In this document: positions 13,243 through 26,757 of the stretch, piece after piece
How the letters are laid out: every line of letters begins with the position of its first letter
Position numbering within the stretch: position 1 is the first letter of the stretch
Source of the DNA: Curvularia clavata
Lineage: Eukaryota
DNA: 64,000 bases
Direction of reading: 5' to 3'
Assembly: GCA_023920165.1 (NCBI GenBank)
Contig: CP089280.1
Coordinates: forward strand, 1,736,001 to 1,800,000
Position numbers and translations under genes: made by a program
The notes under the pieces: generated by a model
What the model was told of the DNA's origin: nothing
Database searches by the model: none
What the model saw: the letters and a program-made list of their open reading frames with translations, nothing else

Positions 13243-15658
13243 CAGGAGCAGTTTGGCAGTCAAGGTGCGTTTGTCAATTTATGTTTTGCTCGCTCAAATA
13301 TACCCGGTCGTCGTTGTTTCCAATGAGGCTGGCTCAATGCACGTGGAAGAGGTCTCAACTTGAAACAGTTGGCCATCTTCATTTGCAACTGGGCCTTGTC
13401 TTGTTGTCGCGCCTGTAGTTAATGTGTCGCTTTGCTTCCAATTGTTGGAAATGTCGCATCTTGCCGCAGAGGGTGTTCTTGTGCTTTGCAAGACGCCTGC
13501 GTTTTTTTTTTAACTCTTCACCACTCATCTTCTCTTCGTAATGCAAATTGGACGACCACCACAACAACAGGGATTGGTTATTGACATGGCGTTGCAAAGG
13601 TCTTGGATGGTTAGGGGACCTATACACACAGAGAGAGGGCGGGTTGGATAGACGGTCAGCAACACATGCAGGTCGTCTTCGTTGTTCTGCTTCCTGTTTG
13701 TCAATTTTTTTTCTTCATCTTTTCTTTGTTGCAAGCTAGCATTCTCGGTTCTCATTTTTTTCTTCTTTTTCATTTGTTGTGTCTCCGTCTCCAAAAGGGT
13801 TTGGTGTTTCCTGCCGGGTGGAGGAATCTCCTTTTTTTGACAAAGTGGTGGTGCTGCAGGGGGTGATGTGAAAGCAAAGCCGCTGCGCGAGCTTAACTTG
13901 TTGCTTTGGAATTGGGGTCTCGGGTGCTGTATTGCTTTTTCTAGCTGCAGTGAAATCAGTGACAAATATCATACCAGTTCAAACAAACCCTAAAATGGCC
14001 GTGCATGACTAAGTGAGAAAGTGGAATAGGCTGAGTGGGATGGTGGGAGCGAGAGCGACGGAGGCCCAGGTGTCCAAGGCGATCCGGGGGAGCGAGGCAG
14101 AGATATAGAGGAGCGAAATTAGGATGAACGACTGTTTCGGTGAGCAGGGCATGGAGATTTGAGTCCATCGCAATCTCGCGAAAGGATAGGCGCAGTAAGA
14201 CTCAGTGCAAACTCCCATTTGACCGCGCAAAATGAAGGCGCAGCGGGCCAACCCGTCGGCCGTCGACCGAGCAAACGTTGTCAGATTGCGGGAATGCTGA
14301 TGACCAATCGACGGCCTTTGGGCTGTAACACACATCGTCTGGCCAAAATGAGCTTCGGAATTGGGGAGATGAGGGTGAAAATTTGAGTTGGGAGGAACCA
14401 AAGTCGACGAGCAGCAGTTGTTTGGTACCTAGGAACCTGCAGGACCATGGCCTATAGGATCGCCGGTGCTGCTTAATTGAAGTGGTGTGACGGGGTTTAT
14501 TGTGCCAAGCGGGAGCGGCACCACGCGAATCGTCCATTGCCTTGGTGGCCGAGAAGACGCAACCATTATGTCAGCCAAATGCGAGCTTGTTGCGAACAAG
14601 AGCATATTTGGCCGCAATCGTCGTGGTAATATTATGTAGCCATCGCGATGATGACGTGCAGGGTGAGAAGTGGGCATCGCAACGGCGCCGCAAATCAAGC
14701 GCGCTCTGGCCCGTCGGACGCAGGGCTGGACCAGGTCGCATTCCATTAAGACAGGGTTTTTTTTTCCTCTGGTCCCCCTTTGGGCTCGCACGAGAAGCGG
14801 ACGTGGGACGGCAAGGCTGGAGATCAGCAGCCTGTTCCCCTGACTTGAGGCTGACTTGAAGGCCCGCCTAGGGGCTCTGCTCATTTCGTCCGACCAACCA
14901 CAGGCGCCCATGCCCCTTGCTAACGGCACTGATAAGTGAGCTGGCAGCTGTTGTTGTTTGTAGCCCGCGTGCATGGCGACTTTCTTCTCCTAACACCCTA
15001 CATCTTGTCGTTCCTTACACCCTCGCCGTTGGTTCTGGCGTTTCTCTAGTGTGCTGCTTGCTTGAGCTTGAGCTTGCTTTCTGCAGGGGAAGCCGCCTGT
15101 GCCTGCGCCCAGCACCTACACATCCACCCTCCGCCACGATTACGACCACGCACGCCACCCACCAATTCCAAGCAGCATTGCCAACAAACGCCCACGGTAA
15201 CGCTCCTCTTACGTATACTTTGTTAGCCTTTTGAACGGCGCCCATAACGTAGGTGCACCTTTCTCCCTCATCCCTCCGAGCAGGCCGCCCCGGTCCAGCC
15301 TATCCGGTGCTGCCGCCCTTTCCCCCCCGACCTTGTCCGCAGGGCAATGTATGACCGCATCACCTCGCTTTCTTTCCCCCCAATCCACAAAACACCTGCT
15401 CCCTTCTCCTTTTTGTCTTTCTTTTCTGGGTATCCGTGCCTCATCACACCCCCTCACCAAACCCCCCGCACTCAAATGCCAATATCCTGCCTAGGAGCTA
15501 CCCACTAATACTCCCTCGACTAGTCTCGCGCACCCTTCACCGCCAACATCCTCGTTGCGACTCCGCGACCAGGGCTCCGACTCCAGTACTGGACGACGCT
15601 TCCAGACTTTGTGTAGCTTCGACCTGCCTCACCACGTGTTTCCCGAGCAATTGCTGCC

Positions 15659-17650
15659 ATGCCTGCGCGAAGCATAAACCCGTTTGCGTCGACTACCCCT
15701 ACTCCTCCCCTCGACTCCCACAACGAGAAGCGTGAGCCTGCACGCCGATCCTCCTTCGCAAAGGGCAACAAGTTTACATCCCTCTTTGGTGGCTCTCCCA
15801 AGTCGCGTACCGACGCTGCCGTCCTTCGGGAAGCTTTTATCGCTCAGCAACAAGCTCTCCTCAACTCGCCTTCGCCCTCCCAAATCTCTCTCCCGACAAT
15901 CAACCTCACTACTGCTACCGGCGAAAAGATGCCTACCGAAGCGAAGACTCTGTTCCAGCCGCCATCGCAAGAGGAGCAGCGTCGGATTGCGCGAGCCCAT
16001 GCCCAATTTGGCCCTCTTGGATCGCAAAAGCACCGCTACCACAGCAAATTCGAGGGCGAATTCGGCGACCCTATTGAAGACGAGCCACCATATTATTTCC
16101 TTCTCACTACATATATCAGCTACTTAATCCTAATAGTATTCGGACACGTCCGTGACTTCTTCGGCAAGCGCTTCAGGAAACAACACTATAGCCATCTGCA
16201 GGAGAAGGACGGATATGCACCCCTCAACAGCGACTTCGACAACTTCTACACACGGCGACTGAAGATGCGCATCAACGACTGCTTCTCGCGACCCACTACT
16301 GGTGTCCCTGGGCGATTCATCACCGTGCTCGACCGCAAGTCTGACGATGGAAACAACACGTTTAAGATGCTGGGAACCACCACCGAGACCTTGAACATGA
16401 GCTCATACAATTACCTTGGATTCGCCCAGTCTGAAGGTCCTTGCGCTGATGCTGCAGAGGCTTCCATCAGGAAGTACGGAATTTCAATGGCTAGCCCTCG
16501 GTCAGACAGTGGTACTTCAGAGCTTACTGTCGAGGTCGAGGATCTCATTGCCAAGTTTGTTGGCAAGCCCGCTTCAATGGTTTTCTCCATGGGTTTCGTG
16601 ACCAACGCCACTACCTTCCCTACCCTCGTTGGAAAGGGCTGTCTTATGATCTCTGACGAACTTAACCACTCATCCATCCGTTTCGGCGCGCGTCTCTCAG
16701 GAGCCATGGTCACTATGTTTAAGCACAACGACATGCGCGACCTGGAGCGTAAGCTCCGTGAAGCCATCTCCCAAGGTCAGCCCCGCACGCACCGTCCGTG
16801 GAAGAAGATCTTGGTTGCTGTCGAGGGACTCTACTCCATGGAGGGTACCATGTGCAATCTCCCCGGCATCATCAAACTGAAGCACAAGTACAAGTTCAAC
16901 CTTTTCGTTGATGAGGCTCACTCGGTTGGTGGTGTTGGCCCCCGTGGACGCGGTGTATGCGACTACTTCGACATTGATCCTTCTGAGGTCGACATTCTTA
17001 TGGGTACATTGACAAAATCTTTCGGTGCCAACGGTGGTTACATTGCCGCTGAGAAGTCCATTATCGACAAGCTACGAACCTCCAACGCCGCTATGCTCTT
17101 TGCCGAATCCCCATCACCGCCAGTCCTTGTCCAAATTGCCTCTGCTCTTCGCATCATCGATGGTTCAATAGTACCTGGACAAGGTGAGGAGCGTCTTCAG
17201 CGTCTGTGCTTCAACTCCCGTTATCTGCGACTGGGTCTTAAGCGTCTCGGCTTCATCGTCTACGGTCACGACGACTCGCCTATCATTCCCGTCATGCTTT
17301 ACAACCCCGCCAAGATGCCCGCATTCTCCCACGAAATGCTCAAGCGCAAGATTTCCGTCGTAGTCGTCGGTTACCCTGCTACACCCCTTGTATCATCACG
17401 AGCCCGCTTCTGCGTTAGCGCTGCGCATACCAAAGAGGATCTCGACCGCATGCTCACTGCTTGCGACCAAGTCGGTGACCTTTTGCAATTGAAATTCAGC
17501 TCAGGTGTTGCAGGTGGCGCCTACCCCGAGGAACTCGACGAAAAGAGCACAGCAGATGGCAAGGAAATGATCCCCAAGCCCCCGAGGTGGAAGTTGGAGG
17601 ACGTACTCAGGAGGACAGTCGACGATGTGCAATCAGCAACACTGCGGTAG
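15659..17650 (+). CDS. LCB2: Serine palmitoyltransferase subunit 2
   Basis: LNMSSYNYLGFA, SDELNHSSIRFG, VEGLYSMEG, VDEAHS and PLP-lysine motif MGTLTKSFGANGGY; 663-aa ORF. Confidence 0.97.
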   Translation: MPARSINPFASTTPTPPLDSHNEKREPARRSSFAKGNKFTSLFGGSPKSRTDAAVLREAFIAQQQALLNSPSPSQISLPTINLTTATGEKMPTEAKTLFQPPSQEEQRRIARAHAQFGPLGSQKHRYHSKFEGEFGDPIEDEPPYYFLLTTYISYLILIVFGHVRDFFGKRFRKQHYSHLQEKDGYAPLNSDFDNFYTRRLKMRINDCFSRPTTGVPGRFITVLDRKSDDGNNTFKMLGTTTETLNMSSYNYLGFAQSEGPCADAAEASIRKYGISMASPRSDSGTSELTVEVEDLIAKFVGKPASMVFSMGFVTNATTFPTLVGKGCLMISDELNHSSIRFGARLSGAMVTMFKHNDMRDLERKLREAISQGQPRTHRPWKKILVAVEGLYSMEGTMCNLPGIIKLKHKYKFNLFVDEAHSVGGVGPRGRGVCDYFDIDPSEVDILMGTLTKSFGANGGYIAAEKSIIDKLRTSNAAMLFAESPSPPVLVQIASALRIIDGSIVPGQGEERLQRLCFNSRYLRLGLKRLGFIVYGHDDSPIIPVMLYNPAKMPAFSHEMLKRKISVVVVGYPATPLVSSRARFCVSAAHTKEDLDRMLTACDQVGDLLQLKFSSGVAGGAYPEELDEKSTADGKEMIPKPPRWKLEDVLRRTVDDVQSATLR

Positions 17651-18656
17651 ATCACAAACTAGGGAGTACGTATGGTAATGAAGTTACAGTGGGATTACGC
17701 AAGCTTTGTGGGGAGAGAAAACATCTTGTATAGCGAGTGGTTACTCGCTTCATCCATGGGGTCTGTCTGTATCTGCAGGGACATTGGTCGGCAGAACTGC
17801 TTCGTCAGCAGTCCACGCAACACACAGCACATCGCAGACCCGGCTTCCCCCCACCCCACACGTAATCTCGATGGTGCAATTATCATCGTCATCATCGCTA
17901 CTGTCACCATCAATGAACCACGACTTTATTCCCTATATTCTTTTCTCCGTTGTCTCCGCGGTGTTCAGCGTCATTCTTCGAAGGTGCATTTGCTTTAGCA
18001 TCACCTTCTACCCTTTTTTTTGTCCGACTCTTGTCTTCTCTCCACGCTAGGTCCCTTTTTTTAAACACCTTGACGTGCGTGTGTGTGTATACGATAAATA
18101 TTAAGATTCAATACCCTCGCTTTTTCTTCTTGTGAAGACGATGATTGGTGTTTTGCATCAAATGGATGATGGGCAGTAGATGAGTAAGGCCAGACTTCGA
18201 GTTTCTTGATGGCTTTGCAGGGTGTTAATGGTGTCGAGGCATGCCTCATGTGTATGTGGATGGATGGGAGAGGGGTGTGAGAGTAAGGGGCAAGGACAGG
18301 GGTGGATGAGGGGATGAGGAGGGTGTGAGTGAAGTAGTTTATGTATATGGTAATGGTAATAGTAATGTCAAGACATGAAAGAATTCATTCGTAGTGGGTT
18401 TATCAGAGGACACTGTTAGTTACGTGTGTTGGAAAGAAGTTGTATACGCATATGTGTACATTATGAGATAAGAAACAAACGACAACTACATACAAATATA
18501 TCGAGACACACAATTCACCCCAGCATGAAAATAGAACCAAGAGAAAGTCTCTCACATAATTTCCCCACGACCCATCCCTTTCCTGACCAAAAAAAACTCT
18601 TCAACACCATCGTACTTCCAACCCAACCTTCCCCATCCAACCCCAGTATGAACCCC

Positions 18657-20945
18657 TTAATACCCACCATACCCCTTCCCCCTCCCCCCATCAAACCCGT
18701 AAGCCCACTCATCGTCCTCATCATACACACCGGAATCCCTCCTTCCCCTCCGTCCACCCATGCCATCCACATATCTCCCCCCTCGTCCCCCCACTTCCCT
18801 CTCACTCTCCTCCTTCCTTCTCTCCCTCGCCCACTCCAACGCATCTTTTAAATCCCGGAGATTGATTTGCTCGTCACTGGAGTCGCGCTGACTCCTTCGC
18901 GGCTGGTAAGCTTCATGGGTGGCTGGGGCTGGAGTGAAGGACAAGGCGCGTGGGAGTTTGGGTGGGCGAGGAACGGTGCTACTAGTAGGGAAGGGGAGAG
19001 AGGCAGTGTTACGGCGGTGTGGGAGATCTGGTCGCGGTGTGTATGGGGGATGGGAGGTGAAGTATCGTTCGCGAGAGCGTTCGCGGGAGCGGTCGCGCAT
19101 GGATGAGCGTAAGGGTGTGGGCGTGGGTATGTTTTCGGTGCTGTGGTCTCTGGGGTATCGAGGGGAGCGTGGCTCCGTGTAGGATGGACGCTGCTGAGAG
19201 ACGGGTTTGTGGTCGCGTCGAGTAGAGGCGTTGCGCAACGGAATGTCCCAAGTACCGTCTTCGGCTGGGTTGGTGGAAGCAGTGTTCCAGGAGTCGCTGC
19301 CGCTGGCTCGGTCCCAGGATGCTTCGGATATCTCATCGTGGGAGGTATAGACTTTTCCTGCCTTCTTCTTCTCGTGGGAGACACTGATGGGTGGAGCGTT
19401 GCCACTGCGAGTTCGGTCTTCGCCAGTGTTGGGCGTGTTCATGTGGATGTGGATGCTGGCTGGGACTTGACTGGAGAGCTTTGCATGTCCGGGTTGAGGT
19501 GAACTCGAGCCGGATGTAGCTGGGCTGCGTCTGGTATTATGTCTGTCGTTGATGTCGCTGTTGGTTCGATGTCTCCGCTCTGGCCTCTGTGCATGTTGCT
19601 CGTGAACGGCTCTACGGGGATGGCTGCGGCTGCGGCTGCGGCTGCGGCTGCGGCTATGACTTTGTCTTTTGCCTCTGCTGTGAACACGATATTTTGAAGT
19701 CTTCTTGGTCTTCTTAACATGTCGTCCGCGTCCATGTTCGCGTCCGCTCGTCTCGTCATGACTGATGTTTTGGATGTCGACGAAGCTGGAGCTGCCGGAC
19801 TCGTCTTCCCAACTGATATCACTCTCTGAGAACAGGCTTGATGTATCTGTGTGGTTCTTGTACTTGGCCCTCAGGCTCCTGAGTAACTCGGCATCCATGG
19901 TCTCGTTGACTGGACCAGGCCTCTGACCCGGTACTGACCCTGGCATTGGCATGGCTTCGGGGTAGCTACCAGGCATGCGTGATAAACCTTGGGCGGAGCG
20001 ATGTTGCATCGGTGGCTGTTGCATCGGTGGTTGTTGCATCGATGGTTGTTGCATGTGAGGTCCCGACATAGCAGGGCGGCCTCCTCCAATAGGCGGCGGC
20101 GGTGGGGGACCAGGCATTTGGGCTTGCCCGTTCGTACCTCCACCTATATGAGGTGGTGGCGGTGGAGGTGGTGGGTGTTGACCATTCATCGGCATGTTAT
20201 TGCCTTGACTGAGAGGAGGCTGAACACGCAGTGCCTCAGAATGCTGTGGAGGCCCCATGTTATGTGGAACGTGATGCTGAGGCCGTTGCTGAGGCATTTG
20301 CTGTTGTGCTAGCATGTGCTGGTTGGGATGATTGATATGGCTTTGGACTTGTGGCTGGCCGTTGTCTTCTCTGGTCCTGCTGTGATCCGGCTCGTTGCTA
20401 GACATTTCAACTCCCATTCTTGTTGCTTGGAAGTGTGAGTCTTCCGCTTCCAGGATAATGTCTACACGAACAAGGTGTCTCTCACGGCGTGTCAAGGAGT
20501 TGCGTTCTCGAAACTTGTTTACCACGCTCACAATCCTGTACTCCATGGCCGGGTTGAGCTTGGCAAGTGCAACATTTTGTTCCTCAACAAGTTCGTTGAT
20601 AATTCTGCGACAGTTTGGAGAGGAGATCTCGTTCAAAGCCTTCTTTACGCTGTTATGGTTACGTCGGAACTTGTGCACTTCTTTTTTTAGGTCGTGAACT
20701 GTGACATGCTGTTGCTCGGGCACAACATCTTCCCAACTTGTAGCGTTCCTGGGCTTCTCTAGTATGAAAGAAACTAGAAGGGGACCTTGAATAGTATCTG
20801 GGACGATGCCCGGAGCCTCTCCTGGCATGATCTGGCCGAAGCTTTGTTGTGTGCTTGAGGTATGGCGTGACGCAGTGTTTTGGTGTTGCTGCGGCACTGG
20901 TCCTGGGTACTGAGCCGGCTGGGTAACAGGCATTTGATGGGCCAT
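18657..20945 (-). CDS. Hypothetical low-complexity Pro/Gln/Arg/Ser-rich protein
   Basis: 762-aa uninterrupted ORF; short globular N-terminal segment (SFILEKP...VDIILE), then polyPro, QQPPM and RS repeats. No family recognised. Confidence 0.7.
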   Translation of the reverse strand: MAHQMPVTQPAQYPGPVPQQHQNTASRHTSSTQQSFGQIMPGEAPGIVPDTIQGPLLVSFILEKPRNATSWEDVVPEQQHVTVHDLKKEVHKFRRNHNSVKKALNEISSPNCRRIINELVEEQNVALAKLNPAMEYRIVSVVNKFRERNSLTRRERHLVRVDIILEAEDSHFQATRMGVEMSSNEPDHSRTREDNGQPQVQSHINHPNQHMLAQQQMPQQRPQHHVPHNMGPPQHSEALRVQPPLSQGNNMPMNGQHPPPPPPPPHIGGGTNGQAQMPGPPPPPPIGGGRPAMSGPHMQQPSMQQPPMQQPPMQHRSAQGLSRMPGSYPEAMPMPGSVPGQRPGPVNETMDAELLRSLRAKYKNHTDTSSLFSESDISWEDESGSSSFVDIQNISHDETSGREHGRGRHVKKTKKTSKYRVHSRGKRQSHSRSRSRSRSRSHPRRAVHEQHAQRPERRHRTNSDINDRHNTRRSPATSGSSSPQPGHAKLSSQVPASIHIHMNTPNTGEDRTRSGNAPPISVSHEKKKAGKVYTSHDEISEASWDRASGSDSWNTASTNPAEDGTWDIPLRNASTRRDHKPVSQQRPSYTEPRSPRYPRDHSTENIPTPTPLRSSMRDRSRERSRERYFTSHPPYTPRPDLPHRRNTASLPFPTSSTVPRPPKLPRALSFTPAPATHEAYQPRRSQRDSSDEQINLRDLKDALEWARERRKEESEREVGGRGGRYVDGMGGRRGRRDSGVYDEDDEWAYGFDGGRGKGYGGY

Positions 20946-23936
20946 GATGGCAGGGAACGAGATAGTCCCACAGAGACAGTAAGTCTGTTAGCAGAAAATG
21001 GTTACGACAGGTTTCAATATGTGCGTTAAGATAAGATGTGTCACCCAAGATGAGTGAGGTGGAGCATATGGAAGAGATGGGAAGGAGTCTGATGAAGATA
21101 TAGAAGTCGAAATTGGCTTGGTCTTTTCAACTCTTGTGCGCCATCATTCTGGCCACAGCGGTCGTGGTACCATACCGATACAAGGGGAGCAAGTGCCTTG
21201 CTAGGGGTAAGACTACCATACCCAGTCACATGCTCGAATTCCAGACGAAATCAGCATCATTCGTCGATGCGTGTGGTTCTCACGACCCCGCTTAACGTTT
21301 GGTGTCGGGATGCTGACCGGTCAAGCCACCAGGCTGAAGGGCAAAAAGGCAACCCGCCTTTTGCCTTCTCTCAAAACTCGCGTCTCAGCCAGCCAGTTAG
21401 ATGTTTTGGAGCCTCAGGAATCACCGGAAGGTAGAAGGGTCCTTTAAACGTACATCTAAGTGGCGTGCTACGCATCTGGAGAAGTGAACGCAGCGTAACG
21501 ATGACAAGCCTATTATGACATGGTCGCAAATATATGGTGAACCTCGTAACACCCATTTAACACAACATCGCTAACTGATGCTCTTTTGATTGATAACATC
21601 TAAACTTAGATGTCAGGATCAGAACAAGATCGTATAGTCGAGGCGGATGTCCGGAGATGCATAGTTGACTGGAAGCGGTAGGTAATTCCGCTCCATGGCC
21701 AGCCTACGATCTATGCGTCGTTCACATCACTAGGCTGCATATGCAGGCATCTGGCCATCCCAAGCTACGTACCAGAATGACAGCCGTCAAACTGGACGCT
21801 AGATGGTTCGTCTCTATCGGAAGCGAGTATCTGGCATCCTTGTCGATCTTTGCCCTTCGTCCCGCCCCGCCATTACGTTTGTGACCCTCCCAGCAACCCA
21901 AGTATTGGCACAGACACCGGATGTATGGTCCTCCAACTATCCCTTTTTTGGGTCCTGTTGCACAGAAGTTATCTCTCGGCTTACTGGTACACTTAGCACT
22001 AGTACTCAGGTTAATAGCACAACGTATTGAGAGCATACGTTCTGTCGTAACCAGACTTCAAACTTTCTTGCAACTCTTAAAATATCTAAGGGCAGAGAAT
22101 GATCCATACATGCTATGTTTTCAAAAATTATCTCTACTACGAATTGACATGCATCTTGCGGGCGGCTGAAAACCGTGAGTTCGCAGGTTCTCAACCTTAT
22201 CCGCTTATGCAGCCTAACCTTGTTTTTTTCCCGGCTGGAGCAACGTACCCTTCCATACACCTCACCACGCCCTTTTGGCCTGAAATCTAGCCTGTCTAGT
22301 GTCGACGTATCGGATGCCCCCGTACCACAACTAAAGTATGAGTTTGACCGGATGGACAATGCACGCAGCATGCAAGCCCATCATCTGACAGTTCTGACAC
22401 TCAGCCTCATGCCTCTTCTTTACAACACCGACCACATCTTCAGCCAAACAGTACCAAGAAAAGAAGTACCACCAACATTTCGAAAGAAGGATGTTTGCTG
22501 GACATAACGACGGCCTCGTACGCCATCATTACCTGTTCACCGGACGCGAGCAACGCAGTCAGTGTGATTTCGATACGCTCTCTACTGTAATCTCAGAGCA
22601 GCCATTGAGCAAAACAGGCCGGGAAACGTACTTCTACCTTGGCCTCGTCGATTAGCAATAGTGCTAAACCGATTGGTCAATGCAACATCCCGTCTTCTCG
22701 TTACGAATCTCTTAACCTATACTACTACGCATTTCATCAAGCCAGCAAGACTCCAAAACCTTACCAATCAAAGAAGTGTGGTAGACCAAGTGTACACACT
22801 TCTGACTGCCCGATATTGGTCCGGCGAAAAGGGATCACCAACTTGCATGATTACCATCTAGTAGGAAGCATGTGGAAACCACGGCATCTGTCGAACTCTC
22901 ATCTCCGTTGGTGGCGATATATTCACCGGCAACGCAATCCCTCAGCCACTGCAACCGAGAGAAGGCAAGCCATGCCACGTCTACACGGGACGATCTTTTG
23001 GACGGCTTCTAGGCTCATGCTATAGACCATTGAACTGACGCGCTGTAATCAAGAATCGATAGGCTCGGGTATGTAGATTGGTTGATGAGCCTCTCAGCGC
23101 CGAACTTCTCGCATCCGACTTTGTTTGAGCCTTGTGTCATTGGCCCTGCAGAGCCGCGTTGATTTGACTATTGGTTAGCAAGTGAAGTTTGCATTACTGA
23201 AGGGCATTTTGTTTCCGAATTGGGCTAGTACTCATATGTCAAGTGATAATTCATGCATGTTGTGAAGCGTGACAAAACGGCGTCCAGAGAGGTCGGATTT
23301 CAAATCAGGGTTATCGTGTGAAGCATCCTACTATATGGAACTAGAATATATAGTACTCCTATTGGCCCATGTCGTTTTGGTAGTGGCGTCTTGAGAGGAA
23401 ACGTTGGAAATTGTGTGTGTGTGGCAGGCAACATACATCGAGGTGTGTTATTCGAAACATACCCCATTAGCTATTTTTGTACCTGCTCATATTGATTTGT
23501 TATATGCAATGTTAGGCTATATGCAAGATCAAGAGCGGATAAGGGGCAGTAGACAACGCAGGCTTCACACACAAGAGTGTGCTGGGTAGAGGGACGGGTA
23601 TCTTCAATTCGGCAGTCATGCGCTATTCGCACCGTTTCGCATACAAAACTGTTGGTGCCGTGACTGCCTTTTTTTTTCAAGTTTCCTGTATTATGCGGTT
23701 CGGGTTTCTTGGCGACCAAGCGATGCACTTTGCGCTTTCAGATGTGCAACCTCCACGTATATCCGACCTCGTCTATTGAACTTGACGTTTGCTCCCTTGT
23801 CAAGCCATCTTTATAGAATGATCAATATGTGTCAAATCCATTACCATATGCATAATACCTCATGCTTTTTGGCATCCCCAGCGCATTTGAGTCTTAAGGC
23901 CAGGCTGGTACTGGATATTCTTCCACGCGAAACACT

Positions 23937-24516
23937 TCATTTCTTTCCCTTCTTTTTCTTCTTGCCTCCTGCTCCTGCTCCTGCTCCCGCGCTAGTCTTA
24001 GGGTCGGCTGCTGTGCCACCCATTTTGACATCGCCACTTTCGTCAACCTGCGGCGTGGATGCACCTTCGCCGCCCGCTGGCATACTAAGGTCGTCCGTCG
24101 TCTCTGGTAGCGCTGCCATGTGCCTTCCCAGTCTTCCCAGGTTGCCAATTAACCTTCCAACCTCGGCTCCCTTGTTGGTCTCATATTGCAGGCATGTTCC
24201 TGACACTGGGTCGTACGTCTTCAGCGTAAAGGTGGCCGTTACTTGTTCCGGGTCTTGCGATTGGGGCTGCGGTGATGACGCCCGTTCTGTGTTTGCTGGT
24301 CGCGAAGCCTTCTTCTCTTCGTATTTTTGACGCTTCTTGATTTTAGAGGCTGTGGGTTTCGAGACTGAGTATTTGGAAGTGATGCGAGTCTAGGAATTCG
24401 ATTAGAAGGTCGTGTCGCGATGCTTGGCGCATGGCTTCTCGTACAGTGGTTGGGCGGGCCTTCAGCAGCAGCGACGACTGCTCGTACCATTCCGCGCTGG
24501 TGGCGAAGTATGGCAT
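23937..24516 (-). CDS. Signal recognition particle SRP9/SRP21-family protein
   Basis: MPYFATSAEWYEQSSLLLKARPTT|TRITSKY...FTLKTYDPVSGTCLQYETNKGAEVGRLI...KKKKKGKK; intron at ~24390-24444. Confidence 0.85.
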
Positions 24517-25049
24517 TGCGACGGTTGTGGGTTGTCTGGAGCAATTGCAAGGTGGAGGATGGTTGGGGCAGCTTCGCCATGCGGGCAACTTTTGGCGGGG
24601 TTCTCGGGCGAACGTCGGTCTCCACTCGCAGCCTCCAGCTTGTAAAGGGCGCACACGAGCATCTACAACACAGCCGGGCGTACCTAGGCAACTAAAAAAC
24701 GATGACTTGAAGTACTTAACAGTCACCTGTAACAAAAAATCAGGCAGCTCATTGTTGACATCGAACCTCTCTCGAATCTTCTACACCCAGCTTGACTCAC
24801 AACTTTCATGGCTTCAACACAACTAACTTCATTTCGATTTTCCTTACTACGTCAACCTTGAGCTCACTTTGAAGGGCCCTACGCCGGATCTGCTGGCGAC
24901 AAAAAAAGCTGCATTTCGTTAGTAGATCTCTTTTTGACGAGCTTTTTTACAATACTGAATCCTGAGGAGACACATATTTTTCAACTACAGGCTACCTGCT
25001 CTTAACATCACCCATATAACTCAAATTACTCTTCCTTCGTCTTGAGCTC

Positions 25050-26757
25050 ATGGCGGAAGACATAACTAGGGAAATCAACCATCTAGATCTTGAGGATGAG
25101 TCTCCTCCTGAGAAGAAGCCTACTCCAAGAGCCGAACTAGAAGCTACCATTCAGTCTTTGGTAGAACGCGGAAAGCAACTGCACGATGAAGTTGAGACAT
25201 ATGTGGCCGCTGTCCTTGAAAAACAAAAAGTTGGCAAAGTTCACAATCCTGTCGAGTACGTAATTTCGGATGAGCCTGACCTTGAAAAGCAGTTGGCCGG
25301 ATGATACGAATTGTGTCAATCTTCCACAACATCAATGGCCTTCGATCACAGCTGACCAGATCAGGTACCGTAACCTCCGCAATGACATGCGCAACGAGCT
25401 AGCTTTCCTCCAGAAACTAGCAGGCTCTAACATGGATGAGGAGAAAGCCAGACACTACATCGTCTCATCCAACCTCCTCTATTACGAAGCACTGTGGAGC
25501 GCTGCAAAACGCTCACGTGGTCTCCAAAGCTTCAGGAAGTACTTCTTCTGGGACCGCCACACTGCACCAGCAGGCAAGCATACAACCAAAGGTCTGAGCC
25601 TATCCAAAGGAAGCCAGACCAAGAACAAAACCGCCGCACTTGTTGACATTGTCGCCGAAGAAGGCAGCGAGTGGATTCGCGTCTCCACCGTCTCTGAAAA
25701 GCGTATTCTGTTCGACCTAGCGAAGCTAGGCTGGGTCAATGATCCAGACTCGGATGAAGACGAGGATATGCTTGATGCTCGTTCAATTGACGAGGACGAC
25801 GATGACGACGAAGACCAGGTTGACGTAGTGCGAAATGCCCGTCAACTCGCACGAGCAGCAAAGGCGAATCCCATTCGTGGCCGTCCACCCAAGGTTCGCT
25901 TCGTACTCACAAGAGTGGTAGCCGGAAAATCTCCTCCTATTGACACTGTTATCAACAAGATCCGGGCTACAGGCGCCATCGTCCAGTGCGGCGACGACAT
26001 TCCACCCGCCCCTTCAATCGACTCTGTTCTGCCCCAGTTACTCATCGATCGCTCCCGTGCCCTGAGCAACACCCTGAACATCGACTGCACCATCCTCCTC
26101 GCCCTCATCTCTGACATCTCCCACAAGCCTTGTCCGATACTAGACTGGTACCCAGGCGAAGTCCGCGCTCAAATCGAAGAAGAAGCCGAGGAGCACCTAC
26201 TTCCCACCCATCTCTACCCAGCTATCCAGGCCCATCCCATGGTCTGCACACGCGAGGCAGCAGACCAGATGAATCTGATTGTACAGACGCTAGCCACCGA
26301 CACCGAGCGCCTGAGAGCGGATCTCCTTCTCGGCCAGGGAGAAAGAGAGTCACTGTCTCCGAAAGAACTGGTCGAGGAATGGGTATGTCTTTTTCCATTC
26401 CTACTCCCATCCGACCCATTAGCTAACCCCTCCCAACAGGCCAGCCTCTCCGACTACCCCCCTCCCCCCGGCTTCTCCCTCCCCATTCACGTACACTCCA
26501 TCTTCCTCTCCACTATGACCTCCAATCTCCCTTCTGTCGCAAACACCATAGCTGCCGAGCTGGGTCCCCTCAACGCCTCCATCTTCCTGTTCGGCTGGTC
26601 GCAGAATCTAACTACGCTGAGTGCGAATCGTGGGCGTGCGAGACAGATCGAGAGTATTATCAATGAGCACGGGTTAAAGGATGGGGAGGCGGGGCCGCAT
26701 ATTTGGCTTTGTGGGGAGTCGAGGAGTTTGATTGCTAAGCACGGTCGGAGGAAGTAG
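25050..26757 (+). CDS. DUF1308 / UPF0415 (C7orf25-like) protein
   Basis: Motifs SSNL..YEALW, VDIVAEEGSEWIRV, LNIDCTILLALISDISH, TTLSANR, ESRSL; introns at ~25256-25365 and 26383-26439. Confidence 0.75.

Noticed and set aside
13300..15600. ORFs between the homeobox gene and LCB2, including a tiny MATFFS uORF at 14973
   Set aside because: Low-complexity UTR/promoter sequence; the TSS is unknown, so the uORF cannot be supported.
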